Source: Flavobacteriaceae bacterium
Lineage (GTDB): Bacteria; Bacteroidota; Bacteroidia; Flavobacteriales; Flavobacteriaceae
Reading direction: 5' to 3'
Assembly: GCA_965224465.1 (NCBI GenBank)
Contig: OZ245049.1
Location: 4,950,001 to 4,982,000, forward strand
DNA length: 32,000 nucleotides
In this document: piece by piece, positions 27,456 through 32,000 of the stretch
How positions within the stretch are numbered: the stretch's first letter is position 1
Layout of the letters: each line of letters begins with the position of its first letter
Program-made: the position numbers and the translations under genes
Notes under the pieces: generated by a model
Told to the model about the DNA's origin: nothing
The model's database searches: none
The model's input: the letters and a program-made list of their open reading frames with translations, nothing else

Positions 27456-29045
27456 ATGAGATTTAACTATTTATTAGTGAGTTGCTTGTGTGTTTTGGCA
27501 ATGATTGGTTGTACAGAGAAGACAGCCGTAAAAAAGCAACCCAATATTATTTTTATCATGAGTGATGATCATGCTTATCAAGCTATCAGTGCCTATGGAC
27601 ATGGATTGAATAAGACACCTAATATTGATAGAATTGCTACAGAAGGCGCTATTTTTAATAGAGGTTTTGTTACCAATTCTATTTGTGCGCCGAGTAGGGC
27701 TGTGATGTTGACAGGGAAACACAGTCATATCAATGGGAAAGTAGATAATATTTTACCGTTTAATTGGGGACAAGATAATTTTGCAAAAGGGCTTCAGAAG
27801 GTTGGTTATGAAACAGCGCTTATTGGGAAAATACATTTAAAAGGGCTTCCTCAAGGATTTAATTATTCCAATGTACTGCCAGGGCAGGGCGAATATTACA
27901 ATCCCGATTTTATAGAAAATGGTGTAAAAAAAACCTATCATGGTTATGTAACCTCCATAACTACGGATATCGCTTTGGATTGGTTGCAAAACAAACGAAA
28001 ACAAGATGCTCCTTTTTTACTATTATATCATCAAAAAGCACCGCATAGAACATGGATGCCAGAAGCTAAATATTTAGACCTGTTGACAAAGGTGAATTTT
28101 ACACCTCCAGCAAATTTCTTTGATGACTATAAAGGACGTCCAGCGGCAGCGCAGCACGAAATGGGAATCTATAAACATTTGGATGTGGTCTATGATTTAA
28201 AAATGTTAGACAAAGAAGGGACTTTAAAAACTAAATATAGAAAGTGGTTTCAAGGGCAATATGACCGTATGGATGAGGCACAGAAAAAATTATGGGATGC
28301 ACATTATGATCCTATTATAGCCAAATTTAAAAAAGAAAAACCAACAGGTAAGGAATTGGCTTTATGGAAATTTAATCGTTATATGCGAGATTATTTAAGT
28401 ACTATACAATCGGTAGATGATGGTGTAGGGGAGATTTTAGATTATTTAGAAACCAATGGATTGACAGAGAATACCATTGTGGTTTACACTTCAGATCAAG
28501 GGTTTTATCTAGGAGAGCATGGTTGGTTTGACAAGCGTTTTATGTACGAAGAATCTTTTAGAACACCTATTTTAATGAGATATCCAAAAGAAATTAAACC
28601 AGGAACCGTTGTGAATAATTTGATTCAGAATCTAGATTTTGCACCTACGTTTTTGGATTATGCAGGAGCGCCTATTGCTAAGGATATTCAAGGAATGTCT
28701 TTCCGTAAGTTACTTAGTGGAGAACAGACCCAATGGCGTGACGCTATATATTATAGCTATTACGAATATCCGGGAGAACATAATGTTCAGCGTCATTACG
28801 GGGTAAGAACAGATCGTTATAAACTCATTCATTTTTACTATAAAGATGATTATTGGGAATTATACGACTTAGAAAAAGATCCTACAGAGATGAACAACCT
28901 TTATAATAATGCTGCGTATGTGACTGTTCAGGCGGAGTTACACAAAAGACTAATAGAACTCCGTGTACAATATGGAGATAGTAAGGAATTAAATGAACAA
29001 AATCTCACTAGTTTTTTAAAAGTAAAAGGCTTGGAGCGGGAGTAG
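27456..29045 (+). CDS. S1-family formylglycine-dependent sulfatase; a carbohydrate sulfatase is likely, possibly GlcNAc-6-O-sulfatase-like
   Basis: Lipoprotein signal LAMIGC. Motifs: PNIIFIMSDDH, formylglycine motif CAPSRAVMLTG, and SDQGFYLGEHGWFDKR. The substrate assignment comes only from context. Confidence 0.85.
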   Translation: MRFNYLLVSCLCVLAMIGCTEKTAVKKQPNIIFIMSDDHAYQAISAYGHGLNKTPNIDRIATEGAIFNRGFVTNSICAPSRAVMLTGKHSHINGKVDNILPFNWGQDNFAKGLQKVGYETALIGKIHLKGLPQGFNYSNVLPGQGEYYNPDFIENGVKKTYHGYVTSITTDIALDWLQNKRKQDAPFLLLYHQKAPHRTWMPEAKYLDLLTKVNFTPPANFFDDYKGRPAAAQHEMGIYKHLDVVYDLKMLDKEGTLKTKYRKWFQGQYDRMDEAQKKLWDAHYDPIIAKFKKEKPTGKELALWKFNRYMRDYLSTIQSVDDGVGEILDYLETNGLTENTIVVYTSDQGFYLGEHGWFDKRFMYEESFRTPILMRYPKEIKPGTVVNNLIQNLDFAPTFLDYAGAPIAKDIQGMSFRKLLSGEQTQWRDAIYYSYYEYPGEHNVQRHYGVRTDRYKLIHFYYKDDYWELYDLEKDPTEMNNLYNNAAYVTVQAELHKRLIELRVQYGDSKELNEQNLTSFLKVKGLERE

Positions 29046-29282
29046 TATCATTTTAATCCCACTAGTGGGTTTAATTCACCGATGCTTGTATCTAAATGAT
29101 TAAGGTTTTTTTTCATACCTCGTGGGCTTTCCCCAAGGTTATTGAATTTTTTAAATAAAAGGGGTATTTCTAAATGAATAGTTTAGGATTGCCTCTTTTT
29201 TTGTGTATCAAAAAAGCGGTATTTATGAGTTGAATTCAATCATCAATAAATGAGTACTGAATAATACCTACTAAATTTACAA

Positions 29283-29413
29283 GTGACGGTTTAGAAATGG
29301 AATTATATTTTAGCTAGGTAATAAATCTAAGTATAGCCCCTCTACCGTTTTAATTTTCAGTAACGCTAGAACGTAAAATAAACTATTTATATCGGTTATT
29401 TTGGATTTTAATG
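29283..29413. repeat. Conserved intergenic element, copy C (full length), ~340 nt upstream of the SusC-like gene
   Basis: 5' block GTGACGGTTTAGAAATGGAATTAT. 29-nt core at 29365..29393 identical to copy A. Weaker similarity to copy A extends ~20-40 nt further upstream. Confidence 0.8.
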
Positions 29414-29751
29414 GATACACTTTGTTAAATGTGTTTTTGAGCGTGTTAATTTTTTAAGTATTGTGATGAAATTGCATATTTCCTTTCGGTATGATATTAC
29501 TGTTAAATATGTTTTTTTACTGTGTATTTGTGGTGTTTATCCTTGTATGTTTATGTTATAGTTAGTAAAAAAGACTTGTTGTTGAATAAAAAAAACAGAG
29601 AGGATTCTTTTTAGGAATGTTTTTGTGAAATGTCTTTAGTGTGTGGAATCTATTCCTACAACGGTGTAGTACAAACATTGGTCGAAAAAATGAAAACGTT
29701 TTCGTGAATTTAACGTACTTTTAAGATGATATTAACTCAAACAATTTTTTA

Positions 29752-32000
29752 ATGATGCAAAATGTATTAAGGCTTTTTGTGATCTGTCTACTAGGAATAA
29801 CTAGTTTACAAGCGCAATCAGTAAAAGGAACAATTACAGATGCTGTTGATGGAAGCCCACTTCCTGGAGTGAATGTAATTGTAAAAGGAACGACAAATGG
29901 TGTTTCAACAGATTTTGATGGTAACTATATCATCGAATTATCAGAAGGACAACGTGTATTACAATTTTCGTATATGGGCTATACGACAAAAAATGTAACT
30001 GTAAATGGACGAAGAGTGCTCAATGTTAAGTTAGCTCAAAGTGCAGAGTCGTTAAACGAAGTCGTTGTAACTGCTTTGGGGATTAAAAGAGAAAAAAGAT
30101 CCTTAGGATACTCTGTTTCTGAAGTAAAAGGAGCATCGGTTTCTTTAGCAAAAGAATCAAATGTTGTAAATTCATTAGCAGGTAAAGTTGCAGGGGTCGT
30201 AATTACCCAGTCAGCCTCTGGACCTGCAGGAGGAACAAGAGTCATCATCAGAGGGAATAACTCTATTACAGGGAACAATCAGCCATTGTATGTAGTAGAT
30301 GGTGTTCCTATAGATAATTCTGGTATTGGTTCTGCAAACGGTTCAAATACGGGTGAGTATAGTCGTTCAGATTTGGGAACTGGTATTTCGGATATTAATC
30401 CTGACGATATCGAATCTATGTCTGTTTTAAAAGGACCAAACGCAGCAGCTTTGTATGGTTCAAGAGCAAGTAATGGTGTAATAATTATTACAACAAAAAA
30501 AGGCGGTGAACAAAAAGGATTGGGAGTTTCTTTAACTTCAAGTACAACTTTTAACTCTCCTCTAGTTTTACCTCAATATCAAAATCAATATGGTCAAGGT
30601 AAAGATGGCAATTTTGCTACTGATTTAACAGAATTAAAATCAAATGGTTCTTGGGGGCCTAAATTTGATGGATCTTCACAATTGTATTATAATGGAGAAA
30701 ATAGACCTTATGTTGCACAACCAAATAACGTTGAGAGCTTTTTTCAAACAGGTGTGAGTTTGGTAAATACAATTGCTGTTAGTAAAAGTACTACAGATTC
30801 ATCTTTAAGATTTTCTTATTCTAATTCAGATTTAGGATCTATTTTACCTAATTCTAAAGTGAAAAGAAATAATTTTAATTTAAGAGGTTTCTCAAAAATT
30901 ACAGATAAGTTTTCTTTAGATGCTAAAGTAACTTATTTTTTACAAGATGCTAACAACAGAGCTACACAAGGAACCGAAGGTATTATGGCGTATGTATATG
31001 GTATGCCTAGAAATATTGTAACAGAGGATTTAAAAAAATACCAAGATCTAGACAATGGTTATGGTATTATTGCTCCAAGTTCTAGTGGGGGTAATCCTTA
31101 TGCTATTTTGTACAATGATTTGAATGAAGATGACAGAACTCGTTTTACAGGTTTTGCAAAAGCACAATATGATTTTAGTGATAAATTACAAGCATTTATG
31201 AGAATAGGTACTGATGCAGTTTCACATAACACAAAAAGTGTGACAGCTGTAGGGCATCATTTTTACCCAGATGGAAGAATTAGTTATTCCAAAAATGATA
31301 GAAGAGAGACCAACTATGATTTCTTATTTATGTATAATGATGATTTAAGTGATGCTTTTAATTTGTCTGCAAATTTAGGAGGAAATTCCTTACATTCTAC
31401 ATATATAGGATCCTCTATAAGAGGTGAGGACTTTAAAATTCCAGGTAAGTATTTTATTTCAAATACAGATGGAGAGAAAATAAGAGTTTCACAGTCTGAT
31501 TTGATCGAGAAAAAAGTAAACTCTTTATATGGTTCTACTTCATTATCGTACAAAAACATGGCATATTTAGATTTAACAGGTCGTAATGATTGGTCGTCTG
31601 CTTTAGCGGCAGAGAACCGTTCTTATTTTTATAAATCTGCAAGTTTAAGTTTATTAGTAAGTAAAATGGTTGATTTATCTGCTGCAGGAGTTGATTTTGC
31701 AAAAATCAGATTTAGTTTTGCAAATGTTGGTAACGATACAGGAGCACAACAGATAGTGAATTTGTATAGCGTTGCTTCAAATGGTTATTTAGGAAATGTT
31801 ACTGTGTCTAGACCTAATATTAAGTTTAGTAAAAGTTTAAGGCCAGAAGATGTTACATCTACAGAAGTTGGTTTTGAGTTAAAGGCATTTAAAAATAGAT
31901 TTTTTGCAGATTTCACTTATTACTCCATAGCGTCAAAGGATTTAATTTTTGATGTACCTGTAGATGCTGCAACTAAATATTCGCATTTTAGAGAAAACGT
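29752..32000 (+). CDS. SusC/RagA-family TonB-dependent outer-membrane transporter, 3'-truncated by the window edge
   Basis: Not in the ORF track because it has no stop inside the window. My own translation from the ATG at 29752: MMQNVLRLFVICLLGITSLQAQSVKGTITDAVDGSPLPGVNVIVKGTTNGVSTDFDGNYIIEL...LNEVVVTALGIKREKRSLGYSVSEV. This shows a signal peptide, a carboxypeptidase-regulatory-like domain and a SusC-type TonB box/plug. The frame stays open to nt 32000. There is no STN-type N-terminal signalling extension. Confidence 0.9.
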   Translation, partial: MMQNVLRLFVICLLGITSLQAQSVKGTITDAVDGSPLPGVNVIVKGTTNGVSTDFDGNYIIELSEGQRVLQFSYMGYTTKNVTVNGRRVLNVKLAQSAESLNEVVVTALGIKREKRSLGYSVSEVKGASVSLAKESNVVNSLAGKVAGVVITQSASGPAGGTRVIIRGNNSITGNNQPLYVVDGVPIDNSGIGSANGSNTGEYSRSDLGTGISDINPDDIESMSVLKGPNAAALYGSRASNGVIIITTKKGGEQKGLGVSLTSSTTFNSPLVLPQYQNQYGQGKDGNFATDLTELKSNGSWGPKFDGSSQLYYNGENRPYVAQPNNVESFFQTGVSLVNTIAVSKSTTDSSLRFSYSNSDLGSILPNSKVKRNNFNLRGFSKITDKFSLDAKVTYFLQDANNRATQGTEGIMAYVYGMPRNIVTEDLKKYQDLDNGYGIIAPSSSGGNPYAILYNDLNEDDRTRFTGFAKAQYDFSDKLQAFMRIGTDAVSHNTKSVTAVGHHFYPDGRISYSKNDRRETNYDFLFMYNDDLSDAFNLSANLGGNSLHSTYIGSSIRGEDFKIPGKYFISNTDGEKIRVSQSDLIEKKVNSLYGSTSLSYKNMAYLDLTGRNDWSSALAAENRSYFYKSASLSLLVSKMVDLSAAGVDFAKIRFSFANVGNDTGAQQIVNLYSVASNGYLGNVTVSRPNIKFSKSLRPEDVTSTEVGFELKAFKNRFFADFTYYSIASKDLIFDVPVDAATKYSHFREN

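Noticed and set aside
29058-29069. Perfect palindrome CCCACTAGTGGG just after the sulfatase stop, and a nearby imperfect hairpin CCTCGTGGGCTTTCCCCAAGG (~29118..29138), considered as terminators
   Set aside because: The palindrome leaves only a 4-bp stem once a loop is allowed. Neither structure is followed by a clean T-run directly after the stem. Evidence is too weak to annotate a terminator.
335-31559. All 30-plus minus-strand ORFs of 60-123 aa in the supplied track, for example 335..532, 1498..1803, 7331..7702, 8996..9292, 23703..24053, 30036..30278 and 31314..31559
   Set aside because: Each lies entirely, or almost entirely, antisense to a long + strand gene with strong family signatures. 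Their translations are low-complexity and basic or Cys-rich, with no recognisable motifs. They are typical shadow ORFs in AT-rich DNA.
1-32000. Searched by eye for CRISPR arrays, tRNA/rRNA genes, transposases, integrases, toxin-antitoxin or defence-system genes, and for canonical Bacteroidota TTG..TAnnTTTG promoters
   Set aside because: No such genes or arrays were recognised, and every sizeable ORF is accounted for by carbohydrate-active or transport functions. Only near-matches to the -7 box occur, for example TTATTTTG inside the repeat, TTTCTTTG near 7957 and TGTATTTG upstream of SusC. None has a properly spaced TTG, so no promoter is annotated.

Overview
AT-rich segment that looks like Bacteroidota, probably Flavobacteriia: there are many lipoprotein signal peptides ending in Cys and a SusC-type receptor. 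I count 18 real genes, all on the + strand. Every minus-strand ORF in the track looks like a shadow of a + strand gene. The window is dominated by a glycoprotein N-glycan deglycosylation and catabolism locus. A tightly packed 13-gene array (3..21003) ends in a strong hairpin terminator. In order it encodes a 5'-truncated sodium:solute symporter, a cytoplasmic GH130 mannoside phosphorylase, a CBM9-like protein, a GHL10 hydrolase-like protein, GH92, a Tat-signal glycosylasparaginase, class I mannose-6-phosphate isomerase, two tandem GH20 hexosaminidases, GH92, a GH29 fucosidase, GH92 and a PNGase F-like amidase. Three further units follow: GH3-PA14 / DUF4838-discoidin / secreted EEP-family enzyme; a lone S1 sulfatase; and the 3'-truncated start of a SusC-like TonB-dependent transporter. 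I saw no rRNA, tRNA, CRISPR array, transposase, integrase or transcription-factor gene. The main feature not explained by gene calls is a conserved non-coding element. It occurs three times, with a possible degenerate fourth copy, always in the gap at the head of a putative transcription unit. Other points worth follow-up: a translationally overlapping CBM9-like/GHL10 pair of unknown activity; an FCxCDxC cysteine motif shared by the GHL10 and DUF4838 proteins; a secreted EEP phosphoesterase inside a glycan locus; and a 706-nt ORF-free leader before SusC. All functional calls rest on motif and family recognition by eye. No searches were run.
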